From an uncultured virus (IMG/VR IMGVR_UViG_3300037508_000348) (taxonomy: Duplodnaviria; Heunggongvirae; Uroviricota; Caudoviricetes): DNA of 64,000 bases. Shown in pieces: positions 1-9,890 of the stretch (positions are counted from its first letter, which is position 1; each line of letters begins with the position of its first letter). Where the stretch lies: the IMG/VR virus record IMGVR_UViG_3300037508_000348; one strand, 5' to 3'. The notes under the pieces are model-generated. The model saw nothing but the letters and a program-made list of their open reading frames with translations, made no database searches and had not been told where the DNA came from. A program made the translations under genes and the position numbers.

Positions 1-1
1 G

Positions 2-3000
2 AAAGCGCTTGAGCGAATGCTCCAAGCAAAAACTCCAGCGGAAGCGGCTATTGCGCACCGTAAGTATTATGAGCGCCCCGGCGAAGCTGAAGCACGGGAT
101 GACAAACGTATCCAATATGCCAATCAGTTATTTTCTGGTGGGTATCAACCACAGCAAGAACAGGCTCAACCACAGGGGCAATTCGCTCGTAGCCCAGAGT
201 TCCAGCCTCATGTAGTCGGCGCTGGCGTAAGTAAACACCCTATTAGTCAGACTGATCCTCGCTTACAAAAAATTCTAAGCGTTGCTGCACAGAACTCTCC
301 TTTTGATGTGCAGTTCAAATCGGGCTACCGTCCCGGTGATAAGCGTCAGCACGGCAAACACAATGCTATCGACGTACAGCTTGTAGATAAGCGCACAGGA
401 GAGGCGTTCGCAGACTACCAAGACCCTCGGCATTTTAGAGATTATGAGCAGTTTGCACAAACTGCTAGGCAGGTGCAGGAACAATTATACCCCGAACTAG
501 GAGATGCTTTCCGTTGGGGTGGTTACTTCTCAGGTAAGAAAAACTATGGGGCGCTCGACCTCATGCACTTCGACATCGGGGGTGGTGAAGGTCTTGGAAT
601 GCGTGGTGGTTCTTGGGAAGGCGGTCTAAACGATCAACAACGCGCCCTTTGGAAAGGTGTTCAAAGTCAAGGCATGGGGCAACGCGCTCCTCAACTAGCT
701 TCAACTCAAGAATCCCCATACTACCCTGTTAGGCTCACTGATGGGCAGATATTCGACGTAGAGAAGGGCATGGGTCTGGATGAAGTAGATGCCATGTTAC
801 AGAAGAATGGTATCAATGCCCGCCCGCTACGCCCCTATACGGCTCCTGATGGTCGTCAGTTTGATGTCGAATATGATATGACTGATGACGAAATCATGGG
901 TATGCTGCAGAAAGCACCTCAACAGCCGGGGCAAGAGGAAGAGTCGAACTATCTAGGTGCGATGAAATACAACGCACAGCAGGCGCTTTCAGGCATAGCT
1001 CAGGGTGCGGGTACGGAGTTGGGTGAGCTAGGCAAAGCCGCTCAGGGTGCAGGGTTCCTTGGAGATTATGCTAAGCCTGTCAGTGAGTTTCTTACAGAAA
1101 AAGGAGCGCAGAGCCGCACCTATGGCGAGCAGCTAGGTAAAGACATCGAAGGCACCTACGAGCGCCCCAAGAACCTCAATGCTGTTGAGGAATACTTCTC
1201 CTATCCATTGGCTGAGACGGTGGGTGGTATCGCTCCTTATGTCGCTGCAGGCGGGCTATCTATGGTCCCCGGTGTCGGCGGTGTTCTTGGCCCTGCGGCT
1301 GTGGCTGGTGCTGTTCATGCAGGGGCTATGGGTGAGGGAGAACAACTGGCAAAGGCAGAAGGTAAAGAGTTTGTCCCTAGTGAGTATAGATTCCCCTATG
1401 CTGCGGCAGTCGACGCCGCCAATTTGGTTGGGTTGAATGTCCTTAACAAGGCACTCAAGGTTTTCGGCAAAGGAGCTATTCTGGGTTCCCGCGAAGCTAT
1501 CCAAGCTGCTGTAGAGAAAGGCGGTATAGAGGAAGCCAAGAAAGTAGTAGGCTCTCGTCTTAAAAATGTAGCGGGAGAGTTCCTAAAAGGCGAAGCAGCA
1601 TTGGTTAGCGGAGAGGTTATAGAAGATGCTATCAACCGTGAGTATCTAGGCAAACCCCTGCTGAGTGAAGAAGCGGGGCAGCAATACTTTGAGACTTTCA
1701 AACAGGTCGGTCCTCTCGGGTTAGTTACTGGCCCTATGGCTGGGCTGGGTACTCACTACAACAAAGCCATCGAAGTAGCACGGCTAGAAGAGCAGCAAGC
1801 TGTACAAGAAGCCCTTGCGCAACAAGAAGCGGAGCGTCAGAAGATTGGAGAGTTGCGTGATGTCGGCGTGTCTCCAGCGCAATTAGAGAAGTTCAAAGTT
1901 AAGAATGAGTTAGAAGGGCTCAGTGATGAAGATGCCCTTGCCGCCTACAAAGCAGACCAAGAAGCGATTGCCCAACGTAAAGCGGCTAAGATAGAAGAGC
2001 TTCCAGAAGAACTAAGGGACGTGCCTTACAAGGAAGCTAAGGTATATCAACAAATGCAGAAAGAACAAGCGGAGGTGCCTAGTGAAGAAGTATCTGGAGT
2101 ACCCGAAGAGCCTTCTGCTCCTGTTGAGCCTGTTAGTGGTGTTACCCCTCCTGCCGCTGAGATGGGTGCCGAAGAAATACCTGAGCCGTTTGTAAGAGGA
2201 AGAGCACAGGAAGTACAAGCGCCAGAACTCACAACACCAGAAGCACCAAAAGCACCGGAAGTAACAAACCCGGCAGACATCTTGGGCCTCAAGGCTAACT
2301 CTGGACTACGTAAACAACTGCAAAATCTGGATGTGAACAATGCTGCAGACCATCCAAAGATAGATGCCATACTGCAGAAGACTTCGGCTACGTTCTCCGC
2401 TGAGAATCTAGCTACCCTCGAAACCAAAATGAAGGAGGTACAGAATGCCAGCCAAGTCGAAGTCCCAAAACCGTCTGATGCAGGCCGTCGCCAACAGCCC
2501 CAAGGTGGCGAAGAAGTTGGGTATACCCCAGTCAGTGGGGAAGGAGTACGCATCAGCGACCAAGAAGGTAAAGGGATTACCGGAGAAGGTAAAGAAGGCC
2601 CGATAATCAAGGAAGTCAGAGGAGTAAGAGCACCGGAGATTGAAGTAGAGGGTGTAAAGCGCCCAACGACAGATAGCACGGGTGCTCCGATCCACACTAC
2701 TGAAGAAGGTGTGAAGAACTTCTGGAAAGGCTTTAAGGATACCAAGGTCGTTGATGCGGAAGGGCGACCACTTAAACTATATACAGGCACATCAAAAGAT
2801 GTAGATTTCACAAAGTTTAAGGCTCCCAAAAACGGGGTTTGGTTTACGCCAGATGCACAAGGGGCATCTCAGTACGCTATCGAAAACGATAGTATGGGTT
2901 ACACACAAGATGGATGGAAATTCATTCCTAAAAATACCGCCTCTCGCGTGATGCCTGTTTATGTAGCCCTTAAAAACCCTAAGCATTACGACAATATGGT

Positions 3001-6000
3001 AGATGCTATAGGGCAGGTGTCTAATTATAAAAAAGCGCAAGGGATTCTTTTTGATAGGCTAAAGGCAGAAGGGTATGATGGCGTTGTCTTTGGTGAAGGG
3101 GCCAGTGCTGTATACGTCGCTTTTTCCCCCAACCAAATCAAATCCGCTATCGGCAACAAAGGCGGGTTCGACGTAACTAAACCCGACATCAGAGAAGTCC
3201 AACCCGAAAGCCCCGATATTGGTAAGCTGCCTCTGGACGTAGCTAAATTCCAGACAGCTAAGAATGCACGGGAGCTACTGAACACCTTTTCTCAACACGG
3301 CACGGACGAGAACCTTCTGAAGAAGGCTAAGATTTTCCTAACCTCGCCTCATGCCGGAGCCGTGCGGACGCACTTTGTCTCTATGTCGGACCCTATGCCG
3401 CGAGATGTGCGGAATGCTTTTGAGAATAGAGGAGCGCTGGCTGCTACTTCTATCGGGCCAGACAAAGTAGAGATTTACTATCGCAAGGACAGCCCCGAAG
3501 CATTCAGCGAAGACAATGCGCTTCACGAAGTTACACATGCCCTAACCGAAGCTGGCCTGCAAAGGAATCCGGCGCTAAATACGGAGCTAAATTCTCTTGC
3601 TGGAACTATTGGCAAAGCCATAGAAAAGGATCATCCAGAAGCTGCAGCATTTTGGCGTGATGTTGTTAAAGAAGACGGTTCTGAAGCTCTTGCCTATGGA
3701 GCAACTTCTCCAACATTCAGGAAGATTCTTAGTCAGTACGATGAAAACGGCAATCGTATTCCAGAAGCGAAGCCGGAAATTCCCGTAGCCCAGAAACCGC
3801 GCACTCTGTGGGATAGGTTCAAGAGTTTTGTGGGTAAACTGTTTGGGGTGCCAGACAAGCAGAAAGAGAATTTCAGCAAAGCCGTAGATGAAGCACTGGC
3901 TAAAGGCACCACCCCCGTAGTAAAGCCTGTTTCGGCTAAGCTGGATGAAGCACTGGTGCAAGCCTTCAAAGACACGGCGAAGCGTGGGATCACCAAGCCT
4001 AAAGAAACCGTTGTAAAAGAAGTACGCGGTGAAACCCCCACACCCAAACCCTCCAAAGAAGAGCTAGCCGAAGCTGAGAAGCGTCTGAAAGACTCCGGTA
4101 TGGTCGGTGCTGTTAAAGACAGAACGCTGGGCACCAAGATGCGAGATGTTGTGAATGACATTTTTAAGGAAGGTAGGAACACTTCTTTTGTAGCGGAGGC
4201 TGTGGACATTAGGCAACCTATCTCCAAGGCTGTGCAGCCGTTGCCGGATATCATAGGTGAGAAGCTCAGGAGTGACTATATCTACAGCGCCTATGAGCAA
4301 CGGGGCAATGTCATTCAAGAGTCTTACCGTAAAGGCTTTGTCGCTATGGGCAGGGATGGCACGATTGAGGTTGTTAAGGACATCCAGCTTGCTTTGGCTG
4401 AAATCTTTAAGCGTGTGGGTGCCAAGAACCAAGAGATTTTCAGCAATGTGTTGGTAGCGCTTCGCGTCAGGACAATTAGAGCTCAGGATGCTGAGATCAG
4501 AGCGCAGGCCAACAAACTGCTTAATATGGCTGAGGAGATGCAGGACTATGCCAGTACCCTGAAGGATGCGGCTAAGCGTAAGAAGTTCAACGCGGCGGCT
4601 AGAAGCCTCACAAAGATAGCGGAGAAAAACCTAGAAAGAATCAACTGGGAAAAGGGCCGCACCGAGTATACAGATAAGGAAGTTAAAGATGCTGAGACTG
4701 TTATAGCAGGGCACCCAGAGCTTGCTCGTGAAGCCGAAAACGTCTATGCACTGCTGCGTAAGTCTGTTGATCTGTGGGAGAGTGAGGGGCTTGTAGATGC
4801 TGATAAAGCGAAGGAGTGGAAGGAATACCCCAACTATTTCCCTCTATATAAGGTAGCTGAGTATGATGAGCACATGGCAGACCCCTCCGAGCATATTGAT
4901 AGGTATGCTGACATGATGGGCAAGAGCCCGAAGAACCTTCCTACTGTACATGCTCAAGAACGGCACGCGCATCAGGTGTTTGTAGAAGACAACCTACTGC
5001 GACATATATCCTTTTTTGCTTCTGCGGCGGCGGAGCATTCAGCACGTAAGAACACGGCCTATAACCTTGAGATGGTAGGTAAGGCTGAGCGCATCAAGAA
5101 AGGCACCGAGAAGAAGGGCGAGCTTGTCGTTAAGTTCAGAGAGAATGGTAAGGACGTATTCTATAGAGTAGATGATGCTCCTGCGTACTATGCCATGCAG
5201 TCGGCCATGCCGTTGATGAGCCCTCTTCTGAAACGTATGCGCAGCGTGGGCAACTTCGCTCGCGGTGTGATGATTATGAACCCTCTGTTCTGGTATCGTC
5301 AGGCATTCCGTGAGCCTATTCAGGCCAGCCTCGTGGGTCGTGCGGGTGTCATCTCCACATTTGATACGTTGGGCGCTGTAAGCCGCATTGCTTCCGGTAG
5401 TGCTGTAGGTTATGAACGCCTGCGGGCTAAGGGCGTTATTGGTCCAGTGGATATCATTCCTGATCCTGCTGAGTTTATTAAAGTAGCTCAGAAAGGCAAG
5501 AGCATGGTGGCTAAGGGTCTGACGGGTATAAAGCATGTCCACGAAGCAATGGACGCTGCGACTCGTGTGGTGGTGTATGAAAAGGCTAAGGCTGACGCGC
5601 TCAGTAAGGGCTTCGATGAAGAGACGGCTGACGCTATTGGTGTGATGAAGGCACGAGAGATCATCAACTTCGCCAAACAAGGACGTAACAAGATGGTTCG
5701 GGCAGCGCGGGCTACTACTCCATTTTTCGGTGCAGCACTGAACAGTTTAGATGTTATGGCCCGTGCCGCCTTCCCCAGCAAGATAGGGCATCTGAGTAAA
5801 GCTGAGGCTATGGAGGCTAGGAGAAACTTCTACTCTACTGCATTCATGCTGGCTACGTTCTCTACGGCCTACGCTGCGGCTATGTCAGAGGATGAGGACT
5901 ATCTGAAAGAACCTGATCGTATAGGTAATTGGTTGATTCCTATCGGGGGTGGTAAGTTTATAAAAATTCCTATCCCGTTTGAAGCAGGGTGGTTTACCAA

Positions 6001-6781
6001 AGAACTGCCAGAACTTACGATGCTGCTCAACATGGGGGCTATCAATACACGCGAAGCGCTCACTGAGGCTAGAAAAGGGTTTACGGCTAACGTGCTTCCT
6101 CCGATGATAACGATCTACGCATTTCAGCCTTTCTTGGAAATTGCTGCCGACCATGACTTCTTTACGGGCTCCTCGCTTGAAGGCCGAGATGCTGAAGTGG
6201 CTGTAAGAGACAGAAATAGTAAATCCGGTGAACTCACAAAAGCCATCATCAACAAGATGGAAGACGCGGGTATTAACATTTTTGGCATGTCCGCCAACCA
6301 GCTTGAGCATCTGAATAAGAAGTTCTTGGGTCAACTATGGGCAGTGACCCGCACTGCCTCGGATGCTTATATAAATAGAGGGCGGGTTACACCAGAGAAA
6401 GAGCTTACCGAGATGCCTCTTATCAGTGGGGCCGTGACTTCAGGTACTAAGGATCGCGCTGTCGATCAGTTCTATACAGTGGCTAGGGAAGTATCGGAGG
6501 TCAATAAATCGTTTGAGCGTGCCAAGTCCCATGCAGACAAAAAGCGCTTCGATGAAATTACGACCAATCCAGAGAACGCCAAAGCCATTCAAGCTAGCAA
6601 GTCTTTGCGAGATAAAAAAGCAGAGATGGGCAAGTTAGCTACTGATATAGAGAAGATCAAAAACGATCAGTCTTTGACTTCAAAAGAGATGACCTCTCGA
6701 ATCAAGATGCTCAAAGACAGACAACGCCTTATTGCTAAGCTCGGAGTTGAGGAAGCGCGTAAGCTAGGGTTGGATATTTAG
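2..6781 (+). CDS. Giant polyvalent virion/ejection protein (5'-truncated): phage-tail-lysozyme C-terminus, M15-type peptidase, ART-PolyVal-like domain, HExxH metallopeptidase, LPD38-like C-terminus
   Basis: Frame is open from nt 2. Motifs: AAIAHRKYYERPG..RIQYA (lysozyme-like); SGYR..HGKHNAID..WGGYF..DLMHFD (M15); GRPLKLYTGT..VMPVYVALKNP..GYDGV..FSPNQIKSAIGNKGGFD (ART-PolyVal); HEVTH..SEALAY; IKIPIPFEAGW (LPD38). Confidence 0.8.
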   Translation, partial: KALERMLQAKTPAEAAIAHRKYYERPGEAEARDDKRIQYANQLFSGGYQPQQEQAQPQGQFARSPEFQPHVVGAGVSKHPISQTDPRLQKILSVAAQNSPFDVQFKSGYRPGDKRQHGKHNAIDVQLVDKRTGEAFADYQDPRHFRDYEQFAQTARQVQEQLYPELGDAFRWGGYFSGKKNYGALDLMHFDIGGGEGLGMRGGSWEGGLNDQQRALWKGVQSQGMGQRAPQLASTQESPYYPVRLTDGQIFDVEKGMGLDEVDAMLQKNGINARPLRPYTAPDGRQFDVEYDMTDDEIMGMLQKAPQQPGQEEESNYLGAMKYNAQQALSGIAQGAGTELGELGKAAQGAGFLGDYAKPVSEFLTEKGAQSRTYGEQLGKDIEGTYERPKNLNAVEEYFSYPLAETVGGIAPYVAAGGLSMVPGVGGVLGPAAVAGAVHAGAMGEGEQLAKAEGKEFVPSEYRFPYAAAVDAANLVGLNVLNKALKVFGKGAILGSREAIQAAVEKGGIEEAKKVVGSRLKNVAGEFLKGEAALVSGEVIEDAINREYLGKPLLSEEAGQQYFETFKQVGPLGLVTGPMAGLGTHYNKAIEVARLEEQQAVQEALAQQEAERQKIGELRDVGVSPAQLEKFKVKNELEGLSDEDALAAYKADQEAIAQRKAAKIEELPEELRDVPYKEAKVYQQMQKEQAEVPSEEVSGVPEEPSAPVEPVSGVTPPAAEMGAEEIPEPFVRGRAQEVQAPELTTPEAPKAPEVTNPADILGLKANSGLRKQLQNLDVNNAADHPKIDAILQKTSATFSAENLATLETKMKEVQNASQVEVPKPSDAGRRQQPQGGEEVGYTPVSGEGVRISDQEGKGITGEGKEGPIIKEVRGVRAPEIEVEGVKRPTTDSTGAPIHTTEEGVKNFWKGFKDTKVVDAEGRPLKLYTGTSKDVDFTKFKAPKNGVWFTPDAQGASQYAIENDSMGYTQDGWKFIPKNTASRVMPVYVALKNPKHYDNMVDAIGQVSNYKKAQGILFDRLKAEGYDGVVFGEGASAVYVAFSPNQIKSAIGNKGGFDVTKPDIREVQPESPDIGKLPLDVAKFQTAKNARELLNTFSQHGTDENLLKKAKIFLTSPHAGAVRTHFVSMSDPMPRDVRNAFENRGALAATSIGPDKVEIYYRKDSPEAFSEDNALHEVTHALTEAGLQRNPALNTELNSLAGTIGKAIEKDHPEAAAFWRDVVKEDGSEALAYGATSPTFRKILSQYDENGNRIPEAKPEIPVAQKPRTLWDRFKSFVGKLFGVPDKQKENFSKAVDEALAKGTTPVVKPVSAKLDEALVQAFKDTAKRGITKPKETVVKEVRGETPTPKPSKEELAEAEKRLKDSGMVGAVKDRTLGTKMRDVVNDIFKEGRNTSFVAEAVDIRQPISKAVQPLPDIIGEKLRSDYIYSAYEQRGNVIQESYRKGFVAMGRDGTIEVVKDIQLALAEIFKRVGAKNQEIFSNVLVALRVRTIRAQDAEIRAQANKLLNMAEEMQDYASTLKDAAKRKKFNAAARSLTKIAEKNLERINWEKGRTEYTDKEVKDAETVIAGHPELAREAENVYALLRKSVDLWESEGLVDADKAKEWKEYPNYFPLYKVAEYDEHMADPSEHIDRYADMMGKSPKNLPTVHAQERHAHQVFVEDNLLRHISFFASAAAEHSARKNTAYNLEMVGKAERIKKGTEKKGELVVKFRENGKDVFYRVDDAPAYYAMQSAMPLMSPLLKRMRSVGNFARGVMIMNPLFWYRQAFREPIQASLVGRAGVISTFDTLGAVSRIASGSAVGYERLRAKGVIGPVDIIPDPAEFIKVAQKGKSMVAKGLTGIKHVHEAMDAATRVVVYEKAKADALSKGFDEETADAIGVMKAREIINFAKQGRNKMVRAARATTPFFGAALNSLDVMARAAFPSKIGHLSKAEAMEARRNFYSTAFMLATFSTAYAAAMSEDEDYLKEPDRIGNWLIPIGGGKFIKIPIPFEAGWFTKELPELTMLLNMGAINTREALTEARKGFTANVLPPMITIYAFQPFLEIAADHDFFTGSSLEGRDAEVAVRDRNSKSGELTKAIINKMEDAGINIFGMSANQLEHLNKKFLGQLWAVTRTASDAYINRGRVTPEKELTEMPLISGAVTSGTKDRAVDQFYTVAREVSEVNKSFERAKSHADKKRFDEITTNPENAKAIQASKSLRDKKAEMGKLATDIEKIKNDQSLTSKEMTSRIKMLKDRQRLIAKLGVEEARKLGLDI
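2445..2606 (+). CDS. Nested 53-aa basic protein overprinted in the +1 frame of the giant gene
   Basis: AAGGAGG (2432-2438), 6 nt, then ATG. Translates as MPAKSKSQNRLMQAVANSPKVAKKLGIPQSVGKEYASATKKVKGLPEKVKKAR, resembling small phage proteins of the MPxxSKKQxxxMxAVAxxPxxAKKxGIPQSVGKE type. Confidence 0.75.
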   Translation: MPAKSKSQNRLMQAVANSPKVAKKLGIPQSVGKEYASATKKVKGLPEKVKKAR

Positions 6782-6783
6782 GC

Positions 6784-6814
6784 AAAAAGAAGCCCCTGTG
6801 GAGGATCAGGGGCT
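6784..6814 (-). terminator. Intrinsic terminator between convergent arms
   Basis: AGCCCCTG-N8-CAGGGGCT hairpin (6791-6814) followed on the minus strand by TCTTTTT. Confidence 0.7.
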
Positions 6815-6867
6815 GAGTTGGGAGAGTCCCAAGGAGCAATGAACAATGATGCGTTACGATAGCACAC

Positions 6868-9819
6868 CTAAAGAGGCGTGTCAATAGGGTCGTCCGCCTT
6901 TGACAGCATATCGACATCGAACAGGTAGCACGGGACGGGGGCTGTGGAATAGTTTGCCGTTGCTTCACCTAGATTCGTAGTCAGCTCTTCTATCAACGTG
7001 CCGGATGACGTGAGCCCTTTCATCACTTGCAGAGTAGGCATGCGCTTGGTATTCAGCCATCCTACAAAGTCGGAAACGGAGATATACAGGCGACGAGTCT
7101 GCACCTCATGCCGCCCCTTGAGAGCGCCGATGACAGGCTTGCTGACGGACTGATTCATTAACACATTATCCACGTCAGTCTGTCCACTCTGCACTACTAG
7201 AATCTGATGTATGAACTCATTCCAGTAACGGTTCACAGCGCTTGCATACGAGCTTCCCTCTTGAATCATTGAGGCTTTTTGTACTGCGGTACGAGTCTCG
7301 GTGAACAACTCTATGGCCCACTCCCATACAGGCTCAATGGGGATATCGACGATGCCCAGACGGTTAGCTATCTCTCCACCCGCAAAGGCCGCTGCCATAC
7401 ATCCAGAATAAAACCGCTCCTTGCCTTTTGAGCCCACTTCTGCGTCAAATCTACGCCGCGTGTCTAGGAGCTTTTCACGCACATTCTCAATGTTAGGCAC
7501 AACATACTGCATATAGGGCTCACACGCTAACCCGTAGTTATTTGGCAGTAGTTGACCGAATAGCTCATCCGCCTCTGCTTTAGTGAGGAGGTCATCATTC
7601 TCTACGGGCACTTGCAGTATGCGGAGCATTTCGCCTTCGACAGATTCTTTGTATTGCTTCAGCACCCCATGCAGGCTGTTGTTACCAGAGGTCAGAAAGA
7701 TCGTAGCCCATGTCGTGTCATTGGTGCGCTCCATGTTGTCATGCGTCCTTAGCCGGTTCTTGCCTCTGCCTGATGATAGGTCAAAACTAAAGCGGCTTAC
7801 CGCTTCTGGCAGCATATTGGTCACTTCGTCTATACACGCCGGGATATTGTTTAGTACCCCCGCCCTATGCAGCTTGGCGTTCGCAGTGTCGTTATCGGTC
7901 AGCATACCCCGTATAGGATCACCCCAGATGCTGGTAACAGCTTTCTGCAATGTAGACTTGCCCACACCCGATGCTACGTTAGTCAGGTGGACGATCATGC
8001 TCCCTTCACCAATGAATTTATACAACGGAGCACCAAACCCACAGAACAGAGCAAAGGCTCTAGCCTCATTTCCTTTACTAGCATAGGTGTTCACAATCTT
8101 CTGCCAATTCTCTAGCTTGCCTACTTTTGCGTAAATCTCAGCGACTGCTTGCGCTCCTTTGGTAATAGGGCTGTGGCCGATAGTGCCTGTGTCATGTACC
8201 TCTCTATTGCCAATAACAAACCGTGTGTCGTTGTCATGCCACCCGAACTGCTTACGGGCGTTTGCGGCTTTGCCGTCGTCTTGCAGCTTCTTTGTCCATG
8301 CTCCGATATAGCGACGAAGTAACTCAAGCCGTTTGTTGTTTGTAACTACATGCACTCCCTTGGCAGCAAGGATATCTCGCAGGGTGTCCATTTTGTATAG
8401 ATAGGCCAGCGGAGCCGTGACTTCAGATAACCCGTCATTCGGCAAACAAATACACAGAGTAGCATACTCCTGCTCTCCATCTTTCGATCTATCCTTTACC
8501 CACAAGTCGCGCTCGTAGACCATGAACTCGTCAGGATCATCACCACTATCAGGGTTTTCATTTTCTACGCTGCCTCTATAAGCTACCCCGCCACCTTTCG
8601 GGCGTATCCAAGGAAAAGGGTAGTCAGTAGGAATTTCTACAGAAACCGTCTCGTTCAGCCCTTCATGCTTGACCTCAATGATGTGCTCTTCTGGTAGTGC
8701 CTCTTCTATCACTACACCCAAGGATATAGGCGATGTGATTTTGCCCTTGTGGATACACCCCGTACAGAGTTGAGGGTGATTGAGCTCCTTCCATTTCTCA
8801 CAGGTGCGAGGGCCTTCTGCTTTACTCGCCTTGGCAAACCACTCGTCGGGCTCGGTGCCGGGGTAATCCCTCGACACCATATCAATCCCTTCGACTCTAT
8901 CAATACAGAACTGCGCGATGGATAGCGCAGCATGCCACATGGGTTCTTCTAGGGTTGCTCGATTAGATACACAATAGGCGATCTGCGGGCACCCAGCACT
9001 GCGCTCAACTTTTCTTTTTACCAGACGGTCAATCTTGGTGCCATCCGCCTGCTCTATCTGCTCAATAGTTTCTTCGACGCGCTCAATGGTATCAATGCTT
9101 TTTTTGTAGATTCTGCTAAACTTGAATGTGCGGCTTACCTGCATCAACTTCTCCATGACAGGATCGGTTGAGTGAACAGGAGAGTAAGCCTCGCGTGATA
9201 CATACCCCACACAGGCTGAAAAATGCGCTAGGGTTATAGGGTCTGCGACTCGTTTAAGTACGACTTTCTTATGGTTACTGTCGCGTTTTTTGTTCGTGGT
9301 GTTCGGGACTCGTAAGATTCGCGCTCCATCTGCCGTCACTACAGGATCGGCCTTTAGTTCTAATTCGTGAGTTTTGCGTTTGAATGCGTCAGCTACAGGC
9401 TTCCATGTGTTGTACTCTACAGCGACGTTTAAGCTCCAATAGGCATGTACTCCGAAACCGGAATCGACCAGTGTGGGGAGCGGGAGTTTGATCGTGTCAC
9501 AAAATTTCTGAAGAGCTTCAATAGCCTCCTTCTTGGTCTGGTAGCCGTTCTCCTTGCCGCAGTCTAGGTCAAGATAGAAGCTCTTGAGCGCTTGGATATT
9601 TTGTACGTTTTTTGGTTTGTCTTTGTTTTGGAATGTGGCACAGGCGAAGTAAACCTCTCTACCCTCTTCATCCATTGAGGCTATTGTCCTTGCTATGTCT
9701 GGATCGCCTTGCTCGAAGTAGCGCACCTTTGGCATGGCTGAGCGATCACTCCTCAAACCTGTTAAGCAGAGCAGGCCGTCCTCGGCCAATACGGTGTTAA
9801 ATAATGTTTCTGGTTCCAT
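6868..9819 (-). CDS. DNA primase-polymerase/helicase (AEP-like N-terminus, Cys/His zinc region, DUF927-like P-loop domain)
   Basis: FYLDLDCGK, SGFGVHAYW, ARILRVPNT, C..CIHKGKITSP, Walker A GVGKST, DEVT; 983 aa. Confidence 0.85.
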   Translation of the reverse strand: MEPETLFNTVLAEDGLLCLTGLRSDRSAMPKVRYFEQGDPDIARTIASMDEEGREVYFACATFQNKDKPKNVQNIQALKSFYLDLDCGKENGYQTKKEAIEALQKFCDTIKLPLPTLVDSGFGVHAYWSLNVAVEYNTWKPVADAFKRKTHELELKADPVVTADGARILRVPNTTNKKRDSNHKKVVLKRVADPITLAHFSACVGYVSREAYSPVHSTDPVMEKLMQVSRTFKFSRIYKKSIDTIERVEETIEQIEQADGTKIDRLVKRKVERSAGCPQIAYCVSNRATLEEPMWHAALSIAQFCIDRVEGIDMVSRDYPGTEPDEWFAKASKAEGPRTCEKWKELNHPQLCTGCIHKGKITSPISLGVVIEEALPEEHIIEVKHEGLNETVSVEIPTDYPFPWIRPKGGGVAYRGSVENENPDSGDDPDEFMVYERDLWVKDRSKDGEQEYATLCICLPNDGLSEVTAPLAYLYKMDTLRDILAAKGVHVVTNNKRLELLRRYIGAWTKKLQDDGKAANARKQFGWHDNDTRFVIGNREVHDTGTIGHSPITKGAQAVAEIYAKVGKLENWQKIVNTYASKGNEARAFALFCGFGAPLYKFIGEGSMIVHLTNVASGVGKSTLQKAVTSIWGDPIRGMLTDNDTANAKLHRAGVLNNIPACIDEVTNMLPEAVSRFSFDLSSGRGKNRLRTHDNMERTNDTTWATIFLTSGNNSLHGVLKQYKESVEGEMLRILQVPVENDDLLTKAEADELFGQLLPNNYGLACEPYMQYVVPNIENVREKLLDTRRRFDAEVGSKGKERFYSGCMAAAFAGGEIANRLGIVDIPIEPVWEWAIELFTETRTAVQKASMIQEGSSYASAVNRYWNEFIHQILVVQSGQTDVDNVLMNQSVSKPVIGALKGRHEVQTRRLYISVSDFVGWLNTKRMPTLQVMKGLTSSGTLIEELTTNLGEATANYSTAPVPCYLFDVDMLSKADDPIDTPL

Positions 9820-9834
9820 GCTCCCTGCCTACTA

Positions 9835-9862
9835 ACGAAAGGGGCGGTGCAGAACACCGCCC
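9835..9862 (-). terminator. Hairpin/terminator downstream of SSB-like gene
   Basis: GGGCGGTG-cagaa-CACCGCCC stem followed by TTTCGTT on the minus strand. Confidence 0.55.
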
Positions 9863-9890
9863 ATAAAAAGGATATCAACCTATCCCGTTA

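Noticed and set aside
2071..2195. Second +1-frame ORF (37 aa, Leu-rich, GGAGG plus GTG at 2082) in the giant gene
   Set aside because: Hydrophobicity is expected from shifting Pro/Ser/Val codons and no family was recognised; not excluded, but unsupported.
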